Assembly: GCA_950097015.1 (NCBI GenBank)
Contig: CATNEN010000031.1
Coordinates: forward strand, 1 to 64,000
DNA from: Macrostomum hystrix
Lineage: Eukaryota > Animalia > Platyhelminthes
DNA length: 64,000 nucleotides
Direction of reading: 5' to 3'
In this document: in pieces, positions 26,857 through 37,023 of the stretch
Position numbering within the stretch: the stretch's first letter is position 1
Layout: every line of letters begins with the position of its first letter
Notes under the pieces: model-generated
Database searches by the model: none
What the model saw: the letters and a program-made list of their open reading frames with translations, nothing else
What the model was told of the DNA's origin: nothing
Position numbers and translations under genes: made by a program

Positions 26857-28386
26857 TTAGTCGAAATAGATCACTACCTTGTTGTTAGCTCCGTCAGCTT
26901 CTATTCTCATTTTCTTGCCTTTCGGTTCCAAAACAGAAATTCCAACCTTCTCTAGCGCGACGACATCCGTTTTCTTGGCGTCGGGAGTCACCAGAGGCGT
27001 CTCTGGACCATCCACAGCCAGAGCCACAGCAAGAGCCGCTTCATTGGCGTTGGGAGCCACCAGAGGCGTCTCTGGACCGTCCACAGCCAGAGCCACAGCA
27101 AGAGCCGCTTCATTGGCGTTGGGAGCCACCAGAGGCGTCTCTAGACCATCCACAGCCAGAGCCACAGCGAGAGCCGCTTCATTGGCGTCGGAAGTCTTGC
27201 TCGTCGAATTCCCGCCAATGATGGCACTAGTACGACGTTGCATGCTAACAGACATGCCAATGTAGCGTTCAACGGCACTACTACTATGACCTGTGATCCG
27301 ACAAATGTCCGCGCGTTCAATGCCAGCGTCGTGTAGTCGGGTAGCAGTTGTCTTCCGCAAGCTCTGGTTGGTGTACCGTCCAGAATCTTCCGGCACCGCC
27401 TTATACATCAGGTTGGACTCAAGTCCGGCCAAAGAGTGTCGACCCATCGGCGTTTTCATGAACCATCCACCAGACTTTCCCGGAGCCCAGAACCGATTAG
27501 GCGACAAAAACAGCGCTTGGTCACAGTCCTCAGGTCGCTTCGCGATGTAAGCCTTATAGATGCACACGATGCATCGCTCATTTCCATCAGAATGGAATGC
27601 ACGGACGACCTTCGGATCCCGTCGCAACCCTTTCAGTCCGCCCTGGTGTGTCTTCGTCACAGAATTGTGCACGTACTTAAGGCACTCGCTCCCATCGACG
27701 CAATCCAGTCGAATCTGCTTCTCAAATTGCAAATCTCTGAGCTCAGAACCACCACGCAAAGCAAAGCCAACAAGCCACACAATCGCATTGGACAGAGCTT
27801 GAGGTGTCGACTCTCCAAGAAGTTCGGAGCCCCAGAGGCCGTCCTCGACAGACCACGGAATTGCTTCAGCTCGACGGAGTCCAGCACATTTTCCATCCCT
27901 CGTTGACAGCTTCATCGAGGCATCCAACGCTCGTCGACTCTCGCAAAATTCAGGATCCTTCCAGAAACTCCAATCCTTCTTTAGGGTGTTTTGAAAGTAG
28001 TACTGGATCATCGAAAACAGGTCTTTTAACGTCGATGCGGTGTATCGTTCGCCTTCGTGGGTTCGCACTTCAAATACAAAAAACTTAAGCAGGAAGTTCA
28101 GATCAGCTTTGCTCATTTCTTCGCAACTCTTAATCACCATCAGACCAGGAGCAGATCCATCAGCCCAAGCAGTCTTCTTGGCCTCGTGCCATGCGGTAAA
28201 GACGCTCATAGCCCAATCGGCCTTTTTCCTCGTTGACGCAGGTGCGCTTGCCAACAGCTCTCTTTCAATGTCTTCATTTGTCATCATCTTGAAGCGTTGG
28301 ACTCCTTCGTGCTTCTCTTCGTAGAATTCGAGCAGCTCAGCAGATATAAAAAACTCCGACGGGTCTAAAGACGCTCTGCTTTCCAT
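26857..28386 (-). CDS. Crypton-type tyrosine recombinase (DUF3504/ZMYM-QRICH1-KCTD1-like), intronless 509 aa ORF
   Basis: Crypton motifs: STRKKADWAMSVF..W, LNFLLKFFVFEVR..EGERY..STL, FALRGGSE (Arg-I), TKTHQGG (Lys), RCIVCIYKAY, PMGRHSL, YTNQSLRKTTATRL (HxxR position reads QSLR), TGH and VERY (Tyr nucleophile). Confidence 0.88.
   Translation of the reverse strand: MESRASLDPSEFFISAELLEFYEEKHEGVQRFKMMTNEDIERELLASAPASTRKKADWAMSVFTAWHEAKKTAWADGSAPGLMVIKSCEEMSKADLNFLLKFFVFEVRTHEGERYTASTLKDLFSMIQYYFQNTLKKDWSFWKDPEFCESRRALDASMKLSTRDGKCAGLRRAEAIPWSVEDGLWGSELLGESTPQALSNAIVWLVGFALRGGSELRDLQFEKQIRLDCVDGSECLKYVHNSVTKTHQGGLKGLRRDPKVVRAFHSDGNERCIVCIYKAYIAKRPEDCDQALFLSPNRFWAPGKSGGWFMKTPMGRHSLAGLESNLMYKAVPEDSGRYTNQSLRKTTATRLHDAGIERADICRITGHSSSAVERYIGMSVSMQRRTSAIIGGNSTSKTSDANEAALAVALAVDGLETPLVAPNANEAALAVALAVDGPETPLVAPNANEAALAVALAVDGPETPLVTPDAKKTDVVALEKVGISVLEPKGKKMRIEADGANNKVVIYFD
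26975..27191. repeat. 69-bp tandem repeat x3 (+partial) encoding a 23-aa repeat (PLVAPNANEAALAVALAVDGPET) in the Crypton C-terminal tail
   Basis: Units start at 26975, 27044 and 27113, with a partial unit at 27182 (ttggcgt.gggag.caccagaggcgtctct.gacc.tccacagccagagccacagc.agagccgcttca). Confidence 0.95.
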
Positions 28387-29415
28387 GCCAATTGATTCAG
28401 TTGAACAGCCGAGTAAACTGTCTTTTTGGACATAAACAGCTAACTATGTAGCCTCGCAGAATATCTTCACGGCCAAAGTCAACTTTCTGGAGGGTTCCAG
28501 GCTGTACCAAGCCTAAGATTAAATATACCCCCCAAAAGCGTTGTCTATGGCCATGAAGTCGGCTGAGGACTCGTTTCTTGGCCGAGGCGATTATCTTATA
28601 CAAAATATTGACAAAAATGCCTTGCGATAATCTGATTGGTACCATAAACGATCTAATACTGGGTCAGCTTTTCGATTGATACTCGTAATTTCATTGCAGC
28701 TTCGCAATAAGCCGTAAAAATAAACGGCTTTTCAAAATTTAATATATAGTAGTTTAGCCTCATATTCTCATAGCTGATTAGCCATAATCTCATAGTAACT
28801 ATGTTATTTTCTCATAATGGGCTTTGTAATAATCTAATTGCAGTTTAGTCATAATCTTGCAGCTTAAACAGCTTAGCAATCTCATTGCAGCTTGACTTGA
28901 GTTCGTTTCAGTTGAGTTACAATTAGCTAATGAATTTCGGTCTTTGTGAATAATTTTCTTTAAACAAATGGGCACAATATTCGTGACACGAATTAAGCTA
29001 TCTCATGCATTTAAAATGTATCGACAGGCGAGTAACGTTGTTTAGCAATCGGGCATGGAGCTCTCAGTAAAAATAGTTTTTTTCCAGTACATGCCTATTT
29101 TAATTTGGCCTGGAGCAAAGAAGCCAGTATGGGTGGATAATTCAGTCAGCCAAGTTCAAAATTGAAATGGATTGTTTTGTAAATCTGGGCTATAGCAATA
29201 TACCCCGTTTATTCAAAATGCTTTTCCAATTACGTTACTTGCGCAATCGTTCAGTCACATTATACTAAATCTCTAAGGTGTGTGTTTGACCGGTATATCA
29301 ATTTCACTCTTCCACCAAAAAACGGTTTGGAATGACCAAGACAGGTGGAAAAGCATCACAAAAGCGACTTAAATTTTGATTTTGAGTTCTAAAAAGTGCA
29401 CAGTGAAAACGGACT

Positions 29416-29860
29416 GTGGAGAGCATTGAAACGACACCTGCAGTTTTTGCGATTTGGCTGACGAAAACGCTTAACAATTCGTCAGAATCTGCCCCGCTCT
29501 TCACGCGGGCCGGATTTGACACACCCGGCCTTTTGACTTTCTTGGGACACATCACCATCAATGATGCATGCAAACGCGATCAGGTCATGCGTTACCTTCT
29601 TGCCACTCACAGCCGAACTTCCCAATCTAAGGAGCAACATAGCTGCTGGCAAATCCGAGGGACCAGCCTTGGAGACGCCAACAATTCATCCATGACGGTG
29701 CATCGGTACGTACCCGTACGTACATCGTCATGGGGTTTGCGGAATTGGCGGTCTCGCCTTCCCGCCGTGTCCCCTCCATGACGTTGACTCCCAGCACCTA
29801 AGGCAAAGTCAAAGTCAAAGTCAAAGTCAAAGTCGGAGTCATAGTCAAAGTCAAGTATTG
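29416..29860 (+). pseudogene. Possible decayed SAM-like/gag-like ORF (DIRS ORF1-like N-terminus?)
   Basis: The + frame reads AIWLTKTL..SAPLFTRAGFDTPGLLTFLGHITI, which resembles SAM-like helices. It is followed by stops and an (SK)n low-complexity tract. The resemblance is by eye only. Confidence 0.25.
29804..29854. repeat. (CAAAGT)n hexamer microsatellite
   Basis: caaagtcaaagtcaaagtcaaagtcaaagtcggagtcatagtcaaagtcaag. Confidence 0.85.
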
Positions 29861-30338
29861 TTGAAACTCTCCCGTCTGTTTTCAATATTCCAAAGAAGAT
29901 ATTGTCTGAAATGTCTATTATCTTGGAAAAAGGCTTTCTGTTTTAATCAATTCTGTAGAGAGTTATAAAACCAACTCAGTTTAAACATTCAAAAATCATG
30001 CTTCTTTTGACTCAAGCAATCGCAGCCATGCCTTTTCTGACCACCTGCAAGATCCAAGAAAAGAAATTCCTACTATTATGTTCATTGTTAATATTTCTGG
30101 GTGTATGTTTTTTATATCCAGCTAAAGGAATATATCAGCGACTGCTTGCAATGGGCTTTCAGGTTGAATTTCTCTTAGTTACTCTAACTCAGTATAATTT
30201 GGATCAATCGCATTGTTGTACGTAAAATGCGTATGAATATTTTGTGTGTATATACATGTATATATTCCGCCAACAAAGTTGAGCGCACGCCCCATACAAT
30301 AGCCAAAGAGGTAGTTGTATCTCGAGATTAACAAAAAC

Positions 30339-31627
30339 ATGAGAACTATTCGTCGATTGCAATTGTCCTGCATTCTTGCTTTCGTGGCTGTAGTAATTAT
30401 TGCTGCCCTTCACGATCAGGTTGGTTTTTTGAAGACTATGGAATTAGAAAAATCTGGAAAAATGTGTAAAAAAAACTTTGTCGAAGTACAAAGTAAAGTG
30501 TTCAGTAATTCAAAAATTTTACCGGCAAATGCACCTAAGTCGGCGCCCATAATCCGATCGGCGCACCTGGCGGAGTTTTCGTACATCCATTGGCCAGAAT
30601 CATGCAGTGACAAAGAGACACAGCTTCTACTTTTGGGAGCTGTAATTTCGACACCGATCGACTATACTAGGAGAAAGCACCTTCGACGGCTTTACATGTC
30701 CCAAAGAGAGTACTTAGGATTTCGATTTCGATGGATATTTATTCTTGGCAGTGTTCAAAACGCCAAGTTACAACAGAAGATTGATAAAGAAAGCTATCGA
30801 CTTGGTGATATCGTGCAGCTCGATTTCCGAGACTCATATGAAAACTTAACATTAAAGACTCTTACTGCAATCGATTGGGCAGCTAGCGCATGTCCTGAAG
30901 CGAAGTTCTTTTTAAAGACAGACACAGACTGCATGGTAAACCCTTTTCGCATCGTAGACTATCTTGGACAGCTCACATTGTCTGACTCGCGCTTGCTGTA
31001 CGCTGGAAGCATTCCGCGTTGGCTCGAGCCAAACCGACACAGCGGAGTAGAAAAATGGCGTGTCAGCTACCAAAACTATCCCCTCGCTAAGTACCCGCGG
31101 TACGCAAACGGTATGTTTTGGGTGGTAAATGTGGTAAATTTGAAGTAAAAGTATGGTGTCTATCCAGCTTTAAAGCACCAGTTTTATACGCGTAAATAAA
31201 TTACGCTATATGCACGCTCGTACACGAGCAGAAGCTATAAATCGAGAACTTTATATTCAAAGCGGGAAGTACGACGTATTTATCTAGCCAATGGTTTTAG
31301 GTGTCATTTCTCGCCGTTCAAATAATTTCAGGTCCAGGTTATCTGCTCTCTCGCTCTGCATTAAATACTTTGCTGGAAGCCAGTGATGCCACATTTCCAA
31401 TGCGCCTAGAGGATGTGTACATGGGACTCTGTGCATCGAGAGCTGGTTTAAGACCAAAAAACCAACCGAGCTTCGTAATACATCCATACAGCTACTCAAA
31501 CTGGTGCGAGTATCAAAATGGTCTTGTAATACACCAAGTGCTAGGTTCTGAAATGACAGACATATGGAAGCAAATGCTGGCGCATAAAGATTCCACACGG
31601 TCCACAAAAGAGTGTCCTCTGAATTAG
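30339..31627 (+). CDS. GT31 family beta-1,3-galactosyl/GlcNAc-transferase, type II membrane protein; exons 30339-31110 and 31332-31627
   Basis: N-terminal TM segment ILAFVAVVIIAAL; motifs RRKHLR, FILG, GDIVQLDFRDSYENLTLKT, FFLKTDTD (DxD) and KW.VS...YP..YP.Y. The phase-1 intron 31111-31331 (gtatgt...tttcag) rebuilds YANG|PGYLLS, followed by EDVYMG. The stop is at 31625-31627. Confidence 0.93.
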
Positions 31628-32259
31628 GCGCTTTAAGATTTTAGGAATCCCACAGATAGTAGTGAGCTCCTATAGACTAGGATTGAGAAGGAACCGTGTT
31701 AATCATTATGTGGATCCTGATTATATAATATAGCACTTACAAAGCTTTTTCGGTATATCGATATATCGATATATAAAGCGTATCATCTATCCTCTAATAA
31801 GTAGTTCAATAATATTATTTTGATTGAATATATATATATATTATTTAATATTCGTTTCGTATCGTGTGACCTTTAACGCACTTCATAAGAAAAAAAGCAG
31901 AAACGTTTCTTATTCGAAAATTACGAGTAATTAATTTTTGTCCGAAAAGTTACCGTACAATTCGAACAATTCAAATGTGCTTGTATATGATTGTCCACAT
32001 CCTAATAATAATTAGTGGCATGAGATATAAGCGCATAGCTCACAAAAATACCGCGCCAAATACGATGTTTAAACATTAGTTTAACTTTATTTGGAAATTT
32101 AGTTTACAAGCTTAATCTTAAAAGGTAAACGTTGCTCAAATTTATAGGTAACGAGAAAAACTGCTCATTTTGGTTGTTGGTTGGTTGCAGGATTTCGTCT
32201 TAACTTTCTTCTCAGTTGCCTCAAACTGAGGAATAAATGGTATATATTTCCCATTTATT

Positions 32260-33262
32260 GTGTTGTGTTGCGGGCAAAGGCTCGAGGTGTCTCGTTTATT
32301 GACCAAGGCGAAGCCTTTTACATTTTGTGGCCCGCAAGAGGTGTGCCAGGCCTTTTTTGATGTGCTGGGCACAGTGAAGTGCCAGCGGCCGTCTAAAGCG
32401 ATGACTTTCCTTAGTGTGGAGCTCGATGCTGTCAACGGTGTGAAGCGGCTTCCAGATAAGAAGGTGGAGAGACTGCTGGAAGAGTTGGACAGCACTGCGG
32501 CCAAAGACCTCATCAGCAAGCAAGTTCTGCAGCAGCTAATCGGCAGCTAGTTGACGCCGGTCGACGACGTAGAGCCATTTCTCCATGAGCTGATTTTGTG
32601 TTGCAACGGAGTGGCCTCCAGCAAACGAGTTGAGGTTGATGCTGCCCTGCGAAACCAGCTGCTCTGGTGGAAGACTGCCCTTTTAGGTAGGAGGTGGATG
32701 GCGCTGTGGTTTAACGGTGATTTCGATGTGGCGATCGAGTCGGATGCGTGTCTGGTGGGCGGTGCTTCGGTTGCGGTGGTTGCCAGGAAGCAAGAGCGAC
32801 TGGCGCTACGTGAATTGGGATCTGGACGCTGAGGTGGCCTTCCGGGACCTGTCAACTACAAGGAGGCTGCTGTTTCTCTAATGGCGTTGCTGTAGTGGCG
32901 CGAGTGTCTGTGTAATTGCCGGCTGTGCATCTACTGGGATTATTTTGCGGCGTGCTGTATTATCAACAATGGGGTCTCTAAGTGTCCGCTGCTGATGCGG
33001 CTGTTGCAGACTGGCGCTGCTGTGTATTCGTCAGAACATTCTGTTGCGCGCTTATCACGTCCCGGAGTCGTATCAAATTTTCGCCGACGCTGCGTCTCGG
33101 CTGCATGATCCCAATCAGCTGTTGGACTTTGTGCTGCGCTACTATGGTCCGCTAATGGGCCTCACCACGTGTACGATTGCCTCGCATGCGCTTTCTGCTG
33201 CCACCTTCGCTTTTCTCTGTTTTCAGGTCGCCAGGCTGCGCCAGACCACCTCATTCGTCGTG
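32260..33262 (+). pseudogene. DIRS/Ngaro-like YR-retrotransposon remnant: RT C-terminus, RNase H and start of the YR N-terminal domain
   Basis: KCQRPSKAMTFLSVELD..RLPDKKVERL (RT end), DAALRNQLLWW, IESDAC..GGA, VNYKEA, CIINNGVSKCPLLMRLL and AYHVP....ADAASRL (RNase H). These are followed by LLDFV..GLTTCTIAS.ALSA and PDHLIRRALEG (core-binding-domain-like). There are multiple stops and frameshifts. Confidence 0.75.
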
Positions 33263-33560
33263 CCCTAGAAGGCGCACCTTGCAGCTCATTTATAAATATT
33301 TTTGCCTGCCTGGAAATACCCATTTCGCCAAATAAAACCTAACAGCTAAATTTACCGAGTTGGGTTGATTAGAAAACATCCGAAAAAGTTATTAACTTTT
33401 CAAGTATGAAAATTTAGGCGCGTTTCAGGAAAATGTCCCCCTTTAATGTGCCCTGCAGGGGAACTAATGCCCCCCAGCAAGCAACTAATGGCCCCCCAAC
33501 AAGAAATAAATACCCCCTTTAGCAGCCAATCAATGTCCACACTTGTCAGAGACCCTCGAT
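33263..33560 (+). repeat. Left arm of 298-bp inverted repeat
   Basis: Reverse complement of 34904-35201 with only 2 mismatches seen (ggaAaatg vs ggaGaatg; agcCaatc vs agcAaatc). Confidence 0.97.
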
Positions 33561-33595
33561 AAATCATGCCATCGCGATGTTATATCATAATATCC

Positions 33596-34898
33596 TCATA
33601 ATCCTTGATAAATAATGCTTTCCATCGATACGCAGAGTGCTTGTGCTTGATGACTGACCACGCTCGACGTAGAGGCATGTAGACTATCTGTGATAGCCGA
33701 AGACAATGCGCGCTTCTGGGCCACCGTTGTCCGCTTTGTATAACGGACAACTACCCACTTTTTTGTGCCCAGAGACGGTTTGAATCGCTTCGGCACTGAA
33801 TCTAGCAGAGGACAGGTTTGTTATGGTTGTTGCGAGGATCGAATGGTTGGTGTAGTCCCGCGAGAGCCTGGCCGCTTTCGAGATCGTCTTCATCATGCTG
33901 GCCAATGTGTTCTTGCCCAATACATCCTTTGGGCAATACCATGCTCCATTCTGCCACTTGACGGCAGACCTGGGAAACAGAGAGCCGTTCTCAGATGGAA
34001 GCTTCGAAAGATACATTTTGATCCCTTCAACTGGGCACATAGATTTGTCTTGCACAGGAAAAATCCCAATCTTCCGATTGGACCGAGGGGCATCGGCGGA
34101 CACACACTTTTCTTTCTTTTCTTTCTGCTAGTCAACGCACGTCATACCTCCGGTGGATTCCCGCAGAATGACATCTTTTTTCTCAAGCGCTCGAATCCAT
34201 TCACGTCCACGAAAGGCAAAGTGCGAGCTCAGGACAAAGAAGACTTCCTGTTGCAGTTTCGTTGGCGAGCTCCGGTCAAAGTACGCATGCAACAACGCCA
34301 AATCTTCAGGCTCCAATGCTCGATACCCACCGTCACCATCCATCACCGAAACAGGTTTCTTCAGTGAGTACGTAAGATCAGCTTTGAAAGTCTTCTCAAA
34401 AGCGCTAAATTCAACATTGCCGATGATATCCAAGCCTCGTAAATTCTTCAAATACCGGTAGATTCCTGCGCGCATGCATACCAGCGAACTGCAACTGTGC
34501 GCCGTTCCATCATCCTTTTTAACCACTGAAAAATACAGGCGCAGATAGTGACATAAATATCGAGTCGGTATTGTCATAAGTTGCGATGGCAGTCCTCGAT
34601 CGTCAAGAAATTTTCGGAAACGAGCGGCGTACGTAGCTGTTGCCTTCTCAGTAGACCAGACTTTGCCTAAGTCCTCCATCTTGGCAATTTCATTCAGGTC
34701 TTCGTCAGTCAAAGCCTTACATGTGGACACTTCAGCCAGAAAACTCTCAATCATTTCCGTCTCAAGTACTGGCAGTCCCGTGGACTGATATACAGCTTCT
34801 TCCTCGCGCCGTCCATCACTAAGCGTGGTCACGAATTGAAGTTCGTCCGATGAGAGACCAGAAATTTCTTTCTCTAAAATTGCTTTGTAGTTCAGCAT
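33596..34898 (-). pseudogene. Second, distinct Crypton-type tyrosine recombinase, disabled
   Basis: accATG at 34898, 5 nt inside the right IR. Motifs: STEKAT..YAARFRKFL, YLRLYFSVVKKDDG..S.SSL..RAGIYRYL, LQQEVFF.LSSHFAFRGRE, MCPV..IKMYLSKLP, WYC...LGKNTLASMMK.IS, YTNHSILAT (catalytic R to L) and SGHK. There is an in-frame TAG at 34128-34130 and a frameshift before RYTKRTTVAQKRALSSAI. Confidence 0.88.
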
Positions 34899-34903
34899 GG
34901 TCG

Positions 34904-35201
34904 ATCGAGGGTCTCTGACAAGTGTGGACATTGATTTGCTGCTAAAGGGGGTATTTATTTCTTGTTGGGGGGCCATTAGTTGCTTGCTGGGGGGCATTAG
35001 TTCCCCTGCAGGGCACATTAAAGGGGGACATTCTCCTGAAACGCGCCTAAATTTTCATACTTGAAAAGTTAATAACTTTTTCGGATGTTTTCTAATCAAC
35101 CCAACTCGGTAAATTTAGCTGTTAGGTTTTATTTGGCGAAATGGGTATTTCCAGGCAGGCAAAAATATTTATAAATGAGCTGCAAGGTGCGCCTTCTAGG
35201 G
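34904..35201 (-). repeat. Right arm of 298-bp inverted repeat
   Basis: atcgagggtctctgac...gccttctaggg is the reverse complement of 33263-33560. Confidence 0.97.
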
Positions 35202-35852
35202 GACAGTTTTTTACTGCAATAGGGGTACATTGTTGTCTATTAATGGGAAAAATCTGTTTTCAGTTACTGCTGATGGGCATTAGTTCTGTGCTGCTGGGGG
35301 GGCAATCGGTTTTCTGCTCCTGGGAGGGAACATTTTCGTCTGCTAAGGAGTGGAGGGATTTTATTTTTGCCACTCGCAGGGAGTCTAAATATTCAGTAAT
35401 ATGCTATTTCCGTTTCCGCTGTATATAGGTATATAGGTAGGTATTCACGACTATTTTCTTTTGGATCTTATTTCCAGACAGAAAACACTTCATGTGGAGC
35501 AAGTAACTAACTTTTCTTGTTTTGAGAATTTCACCGGCTGACGAGCTCATGAATATGAATAGTTACTCGTATCAACAAACGCGAACGACGAAATTATTTA
35601 ACCTGCTTAACACGATGCGTGAGTATATGCATGTTAAATGAGGGTATGTTTAGCCAAATTTAACAAAAGCAGTCAGCTTTGATTGGCTGAGATGCAATTT
35701 CAGCCATCTTATTTGCTGTCGTGCTATGTAACCTTGCCAACAAGCATTTTCCCACAGCATTGTGGGCATTATTTGTTTCTTCCACAGCATTGCCCCATCA
35801 AGATATCCAGGATACAGTGAAAAATTTTAGCACTAGGCAGTAGTAAAAAATC

Positions 35853-37023
35853 ATGAAATTCATGCACAAAGTAGCAGAATTAACTGTCTACTTGCTTCTG
35901 CAGCTGGCCACCATGACCATGGCGGCCAGTAATCAGTACCTGTATACGCTGGACCATGATAATTGGGATTATGGAAAGGCTGTCAATCCATCGGCCGCAT
36001 TGGCCCAGTGCACAGATCTAAAGGACGCTCGCTCCGATGTTGAATGCGCGTCAATGTGCGAATTTTTCGCTACTGAATGTGTTAGCATTGCTTGGTGCCC
36101 CCCTGGTAGGTGCCGCCTTTTCGGTGACACTGCCAGTGGCTCCGTCGGGCTTGTAGGCTGTCAAATCCTCGCACTCACCAGTCGGCGCAGAGGTGAGTAG
36201 CTTTGGTTTATTGGCTTTTTAATGCTTTGATGGTTTGCCTTTACAAAGAAAGACGCTGCCTTTATCCCCACTCTTATTTAGTCAGTGGTGGCTGGTGTCC
36301 CTGGAATACCTGGGCCGAATGGAGTACGTCCTGCCACTCAGGAATTCGTATCCGCAAGCGTGTCTGCCAATGCCCGAGGCCACAGGCACCAGCCGCTGGC
36401 GCCACTTGCGAGGATCGCTCAGCTGACGGCGGGAATGATCAGAGTGAACAACGATTTCTCGGCTGGAGTAACTGGAGTGAATGGACAGGCTGGGGGTCTG
36501 GTAAGTTGGGTTTATCGGCCCTATCAGACAAAATAAAATGAAGTAGCTTAAATAAAATATGTGTAACAAGTGAAACAACATAACTCATGAGAATACGGAT
36601 CCCGGCGATTAATGGGGTCGAAGGATTAAAAGATGCTACTTTCTTTTTTACCGATAAGGTGTAATACAGGGTTGTACGAGCATCATTGGTTTAAAAAATC
36701 TACTGGACTCTCGTTGTTTCTCGTTGTTGACAGGCTGTCACGTAAACCAGGAACGAGCAAGGATGAGAAACTGCAACATAAGCATGGAAACAGTAACCAC
36801 ACCGTCAACGCAGGCCTCACAAAACGAGGGCAGATTCGTTGGCTGGTGTTCGTGGAGCTCCTGGAGTGATTGGTCCGACTGGTATCGCAGCAACTGCTTC
36901 GTCCTCTGGAACAGGAAGAACCGGAAGAGAACTCGGAACTGCGCATGTGCAGTGTCCTATACTTCGACTCCATCTTCTAGTAGCTCGGAAACCGATGAGA
37001 CCGAGTGCACCCTAAGCGGATGA
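35853..37023 (+). CDS. Secreted protein with PAN/apple-like domain plus three TSP1 (thrombospondin type-1)-like repeats; exons 35853-36192, 36282-36500, 36734-37023 (282 aa)
   Basis: Hydrophobic leader (VYLLLQLATMTMA) and PAN-like ECASMC..ECVSI.W...CRL. Two phase-1 introns (gtgagt..tttag, 89 bp; gtaagt..ttgacag, 233 bp) keep the frame open. TSR motifs: WCPWNTWAEWSTSC.SGIRIRKRVC, WSNWSEW..W...C..RARMRNC and WSSWSDWSDW...C..RKRTRNC. Confidence 0.82.

Noticed and set aside
26655-29130. Degenerate direct repeat (tttaa.tggcc.gg..caagaa..cagta at ~26658 and ~29099) as Crypton termini
   Set aside because: The identity is only about 70% over ~30 bp by eye and cannot be distinguished from chance without other copies.
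30339-37023. Functional enzyme-substrate pairing of the GT31 gene (as B3GLCT) with the TSP1 protein
   Set aside because: The enzyme looks like the B3GALT/B3GNT type rather than B3GLCT/Fringe, and the TSRs lack the C-X-X-(S/T)-C O-fucosylation consensus.
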